Source of the DNA: an uncultured Rivularia sp.
Lineage (GTDB): Bacteria; Cyanobacteriota; Cyanobacteriia; Cyanobacteriales; Nostocaceae
Reading direction: 5' to 3'
Length of the DNA: 64,000 nucleotides
Assembly: GCA_963665115.1 (NCBI GenBank)
Contig: OY762007.1
Location: 3,456,001-3,520,000, forward strand
Each line of letters starts with the position of its first letter. Within the stretch, counting starts at the first letter, position 1. Shown one piece after another: positions 41,924-51,920 of this stretch. Below the pieces are notes generated by a model, which ran no database searches, was not told the DNA's origin, and was given only the letters and a program-made list of their open reading frames with translations. The position numbers and the translations under genes were made by a program.

Positions 41924-43360
41924 TTATCCCTTACTCTTCCTCAACTGATTGCAATTCCAAAACCCAAATATCAACCAAAAAGCTAAAACCACAGATGTAA
42001 ACAACAGCATCGGAATTGAACCATACCTAACAATTAAAGCCGGAGCAGCAGCAGTAAATAAACCACCTCCTAAAATTGGTTCAAATAATAACTGTTTATA
42101 AGCAAAACATTCAAAAGCCCCAGTATGGTTATCAGGATCTACCATTCGCAATAATAAGATACCAGTAGCCGTAACTCCCATTGATTGCCCTAAATCTCCC
42201 AAACCTCTTTCATTAGGGAAAAAAGGAATTAAGCGCGGTGCTAAAAATACATATACGCAAACATTCCAGACAATACCTGCAACAGCCAAGATTAACAAAG
42301 GAACAAAATTTGCACCCAAAGCAGTTAAAGAAATACTAGCCAGTGCCGTCACAATCGTTACATCCAAAGCCAATCCACCGATACGTTCGATCAAAGCACG
42401 ACTCACCATATAACTGCGATTTGTCCGCACTAAAAGTAGCTGTACCAAAATCCCGCCAATTAATGCCATTGGAAACAACGGTACGAAAGCAATTAACTTT
42501 AATCCGTCTCCACTTCCCCAAGTAATCGACTCAATAAATGCTAAAAACTGTAAAATTAACCAACCTATTGCAACAGCCAATCCGACAAAACCAAAGTTAA
42601 GCGATATCGGATCGATTAGTAAATCCTTAAATAATCTATCTCTAGCAACTGCAATGGATGGATCTTCTTCTGTATGGCTATGAATGCTATCTTCGTTACC
42701 CAAGCCGATCTCATCTCGACTTTGCACTTGAATTCTTCCGGTGCGTCTTCCCCAATCTATCAACCATGTACCAATGATAATTCCCGAAACCAGCCCAACC
42801 GTTGCTAAAGTTAAAGATAAATCTGCTGCTTCAGCAAACCCCAATTGTTTAAAAGTATCAGCCATCCCTGCCGACGTACCGTGTCCCCCTTCAAAAGCAA
42901 CTTCAATTAACGAAGCTGCAATGGGAGGTAATTTAAAAACTGGTGTTAATACTGTAATTCCTAGTATCAAACCAATGACGTATTGTCCCCATCCCAATAT
43001 CTGACCGAAAGCCGCTTGCGGTGAAGCTTGCCGCCAAATAGTCCCCCAACCGGGAATCATTTGTCCCAGAAACAAAGTTGCAAACACAATGTTTATAAAT
43101 ACTCCAGGGGATTTTGACCATACTGTTAAAATAGCTTCGGGAAAAATTCCATTTACTAAAGGAGAGTCTGCACCAACGGTAGCTTTAATCACCGCACCCA
43201 AAGCACTTGGTCCTAATAATAAGGCGATCGCACCTGCAACAACCGAACTAGGAATAAACAAAGATTTCAATATGCCGATACGCTGTCTGATAAAACGTCC
43301 GACAAGAATTAAAATGGCAATTATAGTGTAAGCCCAAAATACATCTATCAGTTGGAACAT
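41924..43360 (-). CDS. gltS: Sodium/glutamate symporter family protein
   Basis: FEGGHGT and GQSMGVTATG re-entrant motifs; multiple TM helices. Confidence 0.85.
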   Translation of the reverse strand: MFQLIDVFWAYTIIAILILVGRFIRQRIGILKSLFIPSSVVAGAIALLLGPSALGAVIKATVGADSPLVNGIFPEAILTVWSKSPGVFINIVFATLFLGQMIPGWGTIWRQASPQAAFGQILGWGQYVIGLILGITVLTPVFKLPPIAASLIEVAFEGGHGTSAGMADTFKQLGFAEAADLSLTLATVGLVSGIIIGTWLIDWGRRTGRIQVQSRDEIGLGNEDSIHSHTEEDPSIAVARDRLFKDLLIDPISLNFGFVGLAVAIGWLILQFLAFIESITWGSGDGLKLIAFVPLFPMALIGGILVQLLLVRTNRSYMVSRALIERIGGLALDVTIVTALASISLTALGANFVPLLILAVAGIVWNVCVYVFLAPRLIPFFPNERGLGDLGQSMGVTATGILLLRMVDPDNHTGAFECFAYKQLLFEPILGGGLFTAAAPALIVRYGSIPMLLFTSVVLAFWLIFGFWNCNQLRKSKG

Positions 43361-43468
43361 TGTCAGCAGTTTTGTTGAATATTTATTCTTATATCAGAGA
43401 AACGGAAGAAATATTCAAACGATTATAATTACGATTTGCTTAAAATCACAATTACCTGGTAATTAATC

Positions 43469-44119
43469 ATGAAAAATTTACTATACAGATTAATCGGCTT
43501 AGAAATCAAACAAGAACCAAAAATTGTACTGTTTGACTCATGTGAGGCAGCTAATGATATTGCCTTTATGTTAGGTAGCGAACGCGATGATTGTAACGGT
43601 GTGGCGATAGACAAAGTTGATGAAATTGCGATTAATACTGCGGCAAATCTAATACAAGCAAAATGGTGTTATCAAGGTGCATCTCAAACGCTTTTGGAAA
43701 GATTAACAACCGAGAAGCTTTTACAACGTTATGCAATTGGAGATAGATATTTTTATAACGCTAATTTGAGGTGTGCGGAACTTTGTTCGCTTTCTTTAAC
43801 TGACATTAACTTGAGTTACGCTAAATTAAACCACGCTAATTTAAGTCAAACAAACTTGAGTAAAGCTGATTTAACGGCAGCAGATATTACCCAAGCAAAT
43901 TTAAGCGATTGCAACTTAAGTGAATCAATATTATTGAGAGCAAACTTGGAGAATGTAGACTTATCCCGCGCAAATCTTAGAGGTGCAAATTTGAATTATG
44001 TTTGTTTGAATAACGCTAATTTAACTGAAGCAGATTTAAGAGGTGCAAAGCTATCTTATACAGATTTAAAAACCGCTAACTTAGATGGAGCCATTTTTGA
44101 TGATGATTCCCATCCTTAA
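43469..44119 (+). CDS. Pentapeptide-repeat protein
   Basis: A(N/D)Lxx repeats after LLQRYAIGDRYF. Confidence 0.9.
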   Translation: MKNLLYRLIGLEIKQEPKIVLFDSCEAANDIAFMLGSERDDCNGVAIDKVDEIAINTAANLIQAKWCYQGASQTLLERLTTEKLLQRYAIGDRYFYNANLRCAELCSLSLTDINLSYAKLNHANLSQTNLSKADLTAADITQANLSDCNLSESILLRANLENVDLSRANLRGANLNYVCLNNANLTEADLRGAKLSYTDLKTANLDGAIFDDDSHP

Positions 44120-44630
44120 AACCCAACGTTTAATTTTACGTGAATTTCGCGAATCAGATTTAGATGCTTATGCCGAAATGTGCGCTGATGAAGAAGTTAT
44201 GCGCTACATCGGTACCGGAAAAGTTTTATCTCGTGCGGAATCTTGGCGGAGTATGGCAGCAATAATAGGTCATTGGTACTTACGAGGATATGGTTTGTGG
44301 GCAGTTGAAGAAAAACAAAGCGGTGAAATGGTTGGTAGAATCGGCTGCTGGAAACCCGAAGGCTGGATTGGGTTAGAAGTTGGTTGGAGTTTGCGACGGG
44401 CTTTTTGGGGACGTGGTTTTGCAACGGAAGCGGGGCTTGCTTCGATTGATTTTGCATTTACGAACTTGCAGCAATCTCATGTAATTAGTTTGATTCGTCC
44501 AGATAATGCAGCATCGAGGAGAGTAGCGGATAAATTAGGAGAAAAATTACAAGGAGAAACAGAAGTTTTGGGAAATAAAGCTGTGGTTTATAGGATTAGT
44601 AGAGAAGAATGGGAGAAAATTAGGAATTAA
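44100..44630 (+). CDS. GNAT N-acetyltransferase (RimJ/RimL-like)
   Basis: TQRLILRE, EVGWSL..WGRGFATE, NAASRRVA. Confidence 0.9.
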   Translation: MMIPILKTQRLILREFRESDLDAYAEMCADEEVMRYIGTGKVLSRAESWRSMAAIIGHWYLRGYGLWAVEEKQSGEMVGRIGCWKPEGWIGLEVGWSLRRAFWGRGFATEAGLASIDFAFTNLQQSHVISLIRPDNAASRRVADKLGEKLQGETEVLGNKAVVYRISREEWEKIRN

Positions 44631-44695
44631 GAGTTATGAGTTATGAATTAACAAATATTAATTATTACCTTTAACCTTTAACCTATAGTGAAATT

Positions 44696-45262
44696 ATGAC
44701 TCAAGCAACAGACAAAATCCGCTGGACAATTTCCGATCTAGAAGTTTTAGCAGCTGACGAGTGGAAACGTTACGAGATAATTGACGGGGAATTATTTGTG
44801 AGCCGCGCACCTCATATTCGTCACCAAAGTGTTGGTGGACGTATTTATGCTAATATCTTTAACTGGTCTGAACAAACAAATTTAGGTCAGCCGTTTATGA
44901 CTCCCGGAATTATATTTTCTGATGCTGACAATGTGATTCCCGATGTTATTTGGATTAGTAATGAAAGATTAGAGCAGTTAGTTGATGATGAAGGGCATTT
45001 AACAGGTGCGCCGGAATTAATTGTTGAAGTCCTTTCTGCCGGAAGTACAAACGAAAGACGCGATAAAGAAGCTAAATTAAAACTTTATTCTATTAAAGGA
45101 GTTCGAGAATATTGGATTGTAGATTGGCGATTGCGACAAATAGAAGTTTACCGTCGTGAAAATGCTAAGTTGGTGTTAGTCGCAACGCTGATGGAGAATG
45201 ATCAAATTACTTCGCCGATTTTAGCAGGATTTAACTGTAATATTCAGCAGTTTTTTAATTGA
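44696..45262 (+). CDS. Uma2 family (DUF820) putative endonuclease
   Basis: YEIIDGEL, IPDV, APELIVEVLS, KLKLY..GVREYWIVD. Confidence 0.9.
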   Translation: MTQATDKIRWTISDLEVLAADEWKRYEIIDGELFVSRAPHIRHQSVGGRIYANIFNWSEQTNLGQPFMTPGIIFSDADNVIPDVIWISNERLEQLVDDEGHLTGAPELIVEVLSAGSTNERRDKEAKLKLYSIKGVREYWIVDWRLRQIEVYRRENAKLVLVATLMENDQITSPILAGFNCNIQQFFN

Positions 45263-45417
45263 AATACAAAATTTTGACTAGCATTATACTAAATATTTGG
45301 ATTGAAACACTTGATTACGCACACATCTGATAGCCTATATAGTATATTTTTAGTAGTGACAAATTAATTCTAAGTGCTTATTTTTCTTTATACATTTTTA
45401 AAAACTACTATTTTTCA

Positions 45418-46402
<985 letters not shown>

Positions 46403-46509
46403 TTACTCTGTTTTTCACCACACTTTCTTTCTTCCGAGAGATTACAGTTTGAGGTTTTACAGCGTAAGGTTCGCTATATGAGACGCGATAAAAAAAGGGT
46501 GACAAAATA

Positions 46510-46857
46510 ATGGGAAACCTTAAGCAACAAAAATGCGATGCCTGCACGGGTGATTCACCTGCTGTCACAGAAGAAGAGATCAGCAAGCTCCACCCAGAGA
46601 TTCCCGAATGGAATATAAAGGAAGAAAATGGTGAAAAACGTCTGGAAAGAGTTTTTAAATTTAAAGACTTCAAATCTGCTTTGAATTTTACCAATAAAAT
46701 CGGCGAACAAGCGGAAAATCAAGAACATCATCCAGCTTTACTCACCGAATACGGCAAAGTTACCGTCATGTGGTGGACTCATGCCATCCACGGATTACAC
46801 CGCAACGACTTTATCATGGCGGCTAAAACAGACGAAATTGCTGCAAAATCCAGATAA
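46510..46857 (+). CDS. phhB: Pterin-4-alpha-carbinolamine dehydratase
   Basis: AENQEHHP, WWTHAIHGLHRNDFIMAAKTD. Confidence 0.92.
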   Translation: MGNLKQQKCDACTGDSPAVTEEEISKLHPEIPEWNIKEENGEKRLERVFKFKDFKSALNFTNKIGEQAENQEHHPALLTEYGKVTVMWWTHAIHGLHRNDFIMAAKTDEIAAKSR

Positions 46858-47172
46858 ATGTCAATAGAAGAACTAGGTAAGGAATATTTACAGCTAACAA
46901 ACGAGGTGCTTCCAAATCTTGCAAAACAGCGTAAATTTCCCGTGCGATTTAACCACTGCTTTCAGAGAATAATTCTTGATAACCTATTTGGATGCTGTTG
47001 GTACGATGTTCTAGATAAAAGCCAAGGAGCAGCATATCAACAGCTAAACGCGACTCAACTTGAAAAAGCAATTTCTTTAGCTTCTTCAATCATTTCCCAA
47101 CCAGACGAATATATTCAGAAATTAAATCATAATAGCTTGCGCTGGCGAGGGAAACTCGAAAAGAAATTGTAG
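46858..47172 (+). CDS. Conserved hypothetical protein
   Basis: Abuts phhB; FPVRFNHCFQRIILDN..LNHNSLRWRGK pattern. Confidence 0.7.
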   Translation: MSIEELGKEYLQLTNEVLPNLAKQRKFPVRFNHCFQRIILDNLFGCCWYDVLDKSQGAAYQQLNATQLEKAISLASSIISQPDEYIQKLNHNSLRWRGKLEKKL

Positions 47173-47249
47173 ATAGATGAGAAAATAAACCATCAACTAG
47201 GTACAATTAACTGGTCACTGATAATTGTTAATTGATAATTTATTTAATT

Positions 47250-47534
47250 ATGTCGAAAGCAACTTGGAATGGTGCAGTCATAGCCGAAAGCGATAAAACC
47301 GTTGTTGTGGAAGGAAATAATTACTTCCCTCCAGAATCAATCAACAAAGAATACCTCAAAGAAAGCGAGAAAAACAGCTTTTGCCCGTGGAAAGGTACTG
47401 CTAACTATTACAACATCGAAGTTAATGGAGAAGTCAACAAAGACGCAGCTTGGTATTATCCCAGTGCAAAAGAAAAAGCCAAACACTTTGAAAATTATGT
47501 TGCTTTTTGGCGTGGTGTAAAAATCGAAGATTAA
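47250..47534 (+). CDS. DUF427 family protein
   Basis: ATWNGAVIAES, EGNNYFP, CPWKGTANYY, AAWYYP. Confidence 0.9.
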   Translation: MSKATWNGAVIAESDKTVVVEGNNYFPPESINKEYLKESEKNSFCPWKGTANYYNIEVNGEVNKDAAWYYPSAKEKAKHFENYVAFWRGVKIED

Positions 47535-47666
47535 ATGCACAAATCTTCTCAAGAGAGTCATCTTTAAATGACTTCCGCTATTAGCCAGGGAATTACATTC
47601 CCTGGTTGTTTTGATAATGGTGGAAAATGTTAGGTTTAATCAAGCATCAAGAAGAAGAAATACCCC

Positions 47667-48303
47667 ATGTACGTCGTAATTTCCCCTCAAAACACTCAAT
47701 TGCCTCCCGGAACAGTAGTGCGAATGCCCGGAACATGGCAAGATTATTGTCAACTGCGCGATCGCCGTGGGGATGGTTTCTATTCCCAGAATTAAATATC
47801 GTGATGGCGAAATTTTACTTATGAGTCCTTTACCCAGACACGGGCGCGAAGCCCATTTGCTCGCTAGGATTGTAGAAACTTTACTTGATAGCGAAAACCG
47901 CAATTACGAAGCCTTCACGCCGATTACAATGGATATTCCCGAAGAAGGTGGGATTGAACCAGATTACTGTTTTTACATAGATAATTGGCAAGCTGTAATA
48001 GGTAAAGATAGGATTAATTGGCAAATCGATCCACCACCCGATTTAGTAATTGAAATTGATGTCACTTCTTACACTGCTGCTGAGGATTTTCTTCCCTACA
48101 AAGTTCCAGAAGTTTGGTTATTTAAGAAAAGCGGTTTAAGTATTTATGGTTTATCGGAAGATAGCTATCAACAGCGAGCGTTTAGTCGCTATTTTCCCGA
48201 AGTTGATTTGTCTGCGATTATTAATCAAGTGCTGCAAGTTGCATCCGAGCAAGGTACTGGTGTCGCGATTAGGGGTTTGCGGGAGCAGTTGAGTGGGGAA
48301 TGA
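47667..48303 (+). CDS. Uma2 family protein; +1 frameshift near 47779
   Basis: MYVVISPQ..PGTWQDY joins SIPRIKYRDGEILLMSP on removing one T; IEPDYCFY, PPDLVIEIDVT. Confidence 0.85.
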
Positions 48304-48359
48304 TTAAGGACAAGAGGTGAAAATTTTGGAATTATCTCAAATTTTTTTAGAGAAATTAT

Positions 48360-48701
48360 TTGATACGCATTTATACCAAATCCATAAGAAAATATGGGAT
48401 AAAATTTAAACTATTACTCCAACCGCTTTTAGATATGTTAGCTGATAAGTCAGTTTCTGTCCGAATTTCAGTTGTTAATGCACTTGGATGCTTGAGGAAT
48501 AAACAAGCAGTTCCTTCACTGATTCAGCTTTTAAGAAATCGAAAATCTGGGATGAGAATTCAAGCAGCACAGGCTTTAGGAAAAATAGGAGATAGCGCAT
48601 CTTTGGAAGCATTGAGAATGCGTCAAAATGAGAGAATCACAGGACTTGAACTTCAGGTAATTGATAATACTATTAATTACTTGGAAACAAATAATATGTA
48701 A
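48360..48701 (+). CDS. HEAT-repeat protein, probably a truncated fragment
   Basis: VRISVVNALG..AVPSLIQLL..RIQAAQALGKIG; start uncertain. Confidence 0.55.
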   Translation: MIRIYTKSIRKYGIKFKLLLQPLLDMLADKSVSVRISVVNALGCLRNKQAVPSLIQLLRNRKSGMRIQAAQALGKIGDSASLEALRMRQNERITGLELQVIDNTINYLETNNM

Positions 48702-48712
48702 TTAAATTTAAT

Positions 48713-50755
48713 TCAACTCTCCATCAACATCAACCTTCCTGCTTCCAACCTCACATACCAAGGAAACGGACGCTCTTGAATACAAACCCATTTTTCCTTA
48801 TAAATTTCCACCTGCAAATCATAATCTTCAAAATTTTTACAAGGATAATTCAGCTTCAGATATACACTAACTCTATGCTGGGTTTCACTAATATCAGCAA
48901 CCCAACAAGGAAAAGTATTTTCTTGATTACTATCTGTTGAAAATCTCAGGTGATGAGCGCGGATTCCCAAGTATTGTAAATTACTAGGAATCGGTTCTAC
49001 AACTGTCAAATTACAGTTCCAATCCAAAGCTTTAACTGTACGATTATCAACAATTTCAGCGCGAGAAATATTTTTACATTCGGTTACTTTCGCAACTACT
49101 AAATTTGGCGATCGCTCAAATATATTTTCTTTGGTATCATTAGCAATAACCTTTCCTTCCGACATCACCATAATATTGCTACTAACTCGATATGCTTCTT
49201 CTAATTTATGGGTGATAAACAAAGTTGCACCTTGATAAGACGAAAGCACTTTTCTCAACAACTTTTCAATTTGGTTACGCAGATAAGTATCGAGCGCCGA
49301 AAGTGGTTCATCTAATAGTATCGCTTCTGGTTGAATTACCAAAGCCCTTGCTAAAGCAACCCTTTGTTGTTGCCCACCGGATATTTGATGCGGATAACGA
49401 TTTTCTAAATCTTGCAACTGCATCATATCAATATACTGCTGCACTCTCGATATGCGCTCCTGTTTAGGCAATTCTTGCAAACCAAAAGCAATATTCTGCG
49501 CTACACTCATGTGAGGAAACAAAGCATAGTTTTGAAATAGAAAGCCAATGCGACGTTTACGACTAGGAAGATTAATTTTGCGTTTGGCATCAAATAGAAT
49601 TCGTCCATTCAAAACGATTCTTCCCCGGCTTGGCTTTTCCAATCCAGCAATGCAGCGCAAAGTCAGACTTTTACCAGAGCCAGAAGCACCTAATAATCCT
49701 AGAGTATTTTCATCTGCGGTAAAATCAACTTGTAATTGAAAGCTTTTTAAATTCTTTTCGATGTTAACTATAAGTTCTTTTATCTGCTTATTCTGATTAA
49801 ATATTTTTTTTATATTAGATGGCAAATAAGATAATTCATGCGGAGATAATTGACTTTTGCAAACTTCTTCTCGCAGAGAAGGCACGCTACTAAAACTACA
49901 AACCCCACCTGCATTAATCTCCCCAATCCCAAACCCACGCAGGTGGGTTTTGCCTGTGTAGCCGCGATTTACAATCGCCAGGTGCTTATTTACCTCTTTA
50001 GAATAATTTACAAAATCAACATCTCCAAACTGACCAAAAATAACAAAATTGATCGTTTTTCTAATTAAATTTGCACTTCCATTCCTATTTTTAGAAATAC
50101 GTTGCGACTCATCCCAAACGTGAATAGTCGCAATTACAGTTAGAGAAATCGCCACCATTATTAATACCCAAATCAAAGCCTTACGCATATCGCCAGCTTC
50201 AGCAGCAAAAAAGATTGCGATTGGCATTGTTTGAGTTTTTCCCGGTATGCTCCCAGCTAACATTAAAGTTGCACCAAATTCTCCCAAAGCTCTAGCAAAA
50301 GCCAAAATTGTCCCCGCGACAACTCCCGGCAAAGCTAATGGTAAAACAATCAACCAAAATATTTTAAATTCAGAACTTCCCAAAGTACGAGCGCAGTTAG
50401 TTAAATCGCTATCTATATGCTCAAAAGAGCTTAATACAGTCTTATACATTAAAGGAAAAGCAACTACCGTTGATGTAATAACAGTTGCTTGCCATGAAAA
50501 GATAACGCTGATATCCAACTGCGCCAAAAATTGTCCTACAGGGCTATTAATGCCAAATAATAACAGCAACAAAAAACCAACTACAGTAGGCGGTAGAACT
50601 AAAGGAAGAGTTAAAATACCATCAATTAATCCTCTAAATTTACCTTTGTATTGCTTCATCCAACCTGCTGCGGCAATTCCTAAGAAAAAAGCAAAAACAG
50701 TAGCAAATGAAGCAGTTTTTAAAGAAATCCACAAGGGAGATAAGTCAAATTCCAT
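48713..50755 (-). CDS. modB: Molybdate ABC transporter fused permease-ATPase (ModB-ModC)
   Basis: LPLVLPPTVVGF, FARALGEFGAT, Walker A GASGSGKS, SGGQQQR, LLDEP. Confidence 0.93.
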   Translation of the reverse strand: MEFDLSPLWISLKTASFATVFAFFLGIAAAGWMKQYKGKFRGLIDGILTLPLVLPPTVVGFLLLLLFGINSPVGQFLAQLDISVIFSWQATVITSTVVAFPLMYKTVLSSFEHIDSDLTNCARTLGSSEFKIFWLIVLPLALPGVVAGTILAFARALGEFGATLMLAGSIPGKTQTMPIAIFFAAEAGDMRKALIWVLIMVAISLTVIATIHVWDESQRISKNRNGSANLIRKTINFVIFGQFGDVDFVNYSKEVNKHLAIVNRGYTGKTHLRGFGIGEINAGGVCSFSSVPSLREEVCKSQLSPHELSYLPSNIKKIFNQNKQIKELIVNIEKNLKSFQLQVDFTADENTLGLLGASGSGKSLTLRCIAGLEKPSRGRIVLNGRILFDAKRKINLPSRKRRIGFLFQNYALFPHMSVAQNIAFGLQELPKQERISRVQQYIDMMQLQDLENRYPHQISGGQQQRVALARALVIQPEAILLDEPLSALDTYLRNQIEKLLRKVLSSYQGATLFITHKLEEAYRVSSNIMVMSEGKVIANDTKENIFERSPNLVVAKVTECKNISRAEIVDNRTVKALDWNCNLTVVEPIPSNLQYLGIRAHHLRFSTDSNQENTFPCWVADISETQHRVSVYLKLNYPCKNFEDYDLQVEIYKEKWVCIQERPFPWYVRLEAGRLMLMES

Positions 50756-50836
50756 ACGCAGATACTAAACTAATTTTGGATTAAGCTATATAATAAAAAT
50801 CTTGTGGGGCGAGCATCCCTGCCCGCTCACGATCAA

Positions 50837-51640
50837 CTAACTAACAATTTTAAAACCATATTTTGTAAAAGTATCCTTCGCGGTATTACTAAATAAAAAA
50901 TCAATAAATTCTTTAGCCGCTTCTGGATTTTTACTACGTTCAATTGCTGCTACGGGATAAATAATTGGTTTATGAGTATTATAGGCAGCAGTAGCGACAA
51001 CCTTAACTTTATTTGATATTTTGGCATCTGTAGCGTAAACAATTCCTGCATCAACATTACCCAATTCTACATAAGATAAAACTTGACGAACATCTTTGGC
51101 AAATACAGTTTTTGGTTTAACTTGTTCGTAAATCTTTAGATTAGTTAAAACTTCTCTTGCATATTGTCCGGCAGGTACGCTTTCTGGTTCTCCAATTGAA
51201 AATCTTTTGATATTTGAACCTGTTAACTGTTGAAAATTAGAAATATTAGTAATATTAGATTGTTTTGGTACAATTAATACGACATCATTTTTTAATAAGT
51301 TTTTGCGCGTTTCTGGAAGTAAAAGGTTTTTTTTATCTAGCTCATCTATAAACTCTTCGTTAGCTGAGATAAAAATATCAACTGGTGCCCCCTGTTTAAT
51401 TTGTTGAGTCAAGGTACCAGAGCCAGCAAAGTTATAAGTAATTTCAGTATTTAGATGTTCTTCTTGATAAGCTTCTTTTATTTCTTTCATCGCATCTTGC
51501 ATACTAGCAGCAGCAGATACCGTTAATATTTGATTTGTAGGGGTGGTTGATGAGATTTGATTGCAACCCACAACTGTTAAAAATGAAATAAGTATCCAAC
51601 TAGTTAAAGCAAAAAAACGTCTTTTATTTTTTATCTTCAT
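50837..51640 (-). CDS. modA: Molybdate-binding lipoprotein
   Basis: Lipobox VVGC, SAAAS, FAGSGTL..QGAPVDIFISA, VPAGQYA. Confidence 0.93.
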   Translation of the reverse strand: MKIKNKRRFFALTSWILISFLTVVGCNQISSTTPTNQILTVSAAASMQDAMKEIKEAYQEEHLNTEITYNFAGSGTLTQQIKQGAPVDIFISANEEFIDELDKKNLLLPETRKNLLKNDVVLIVPKQSNITNISNFQQLTGSNIKRFSIGEPESVPAGQYAREVLTNLKIYEQVKPKTVFAKDVRQVLSYVELGNVDAGIVYATDAKISNKVKVVATAAYNTHKPIIYPVAAIERSKNPEAAKEFIDFLFSNTAKDTFTKYGFKIVS

Positions 51641-51841
51641 TCGAGTTTGGCTTGAAACTAACGATGAAAAATGCCACAAGCCGATAGTTGATATTCATAC
51701 ATAAATCTTAGATCGCATTCTGTATTAGAGATAACTGACATCATGGCAGAATACCTGTAACACAAATATCAGAAATAAATCGTAATTGAGTTAACACACA
51801 AATGTAGAGACAGAAAACCCATCTCTACAAAAATATTCCAT

Positions 51842-51897
51842 GTTTGTAGTAGCGCTTTAGCGCATCTTATCGGAGGCGCTAAAGCGCTACTACAAAC
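51842..51897. repeat. Inverted REP-like pair downstream of the MCP gene
   Basis: GTTTGTAGTAGCGCTTTAGCGC-N12-GCGCTAAAGCGCTACTACAAAC, perfect arms. Confidence 0.85.
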
Positions 51898-51920
51898 CCT
51901 GGATTATAAATTGCTCACTG

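Noticed and set aside
41727..41948. 73 aa ORF
   Set aside because: Largely the translation of an inverted REP-like pair and overlaps the gltS end.
51641..51800. ModE or NtcA operator upstream of modA
   Set aside because: No convincing match to either palindromic consensus by eye.
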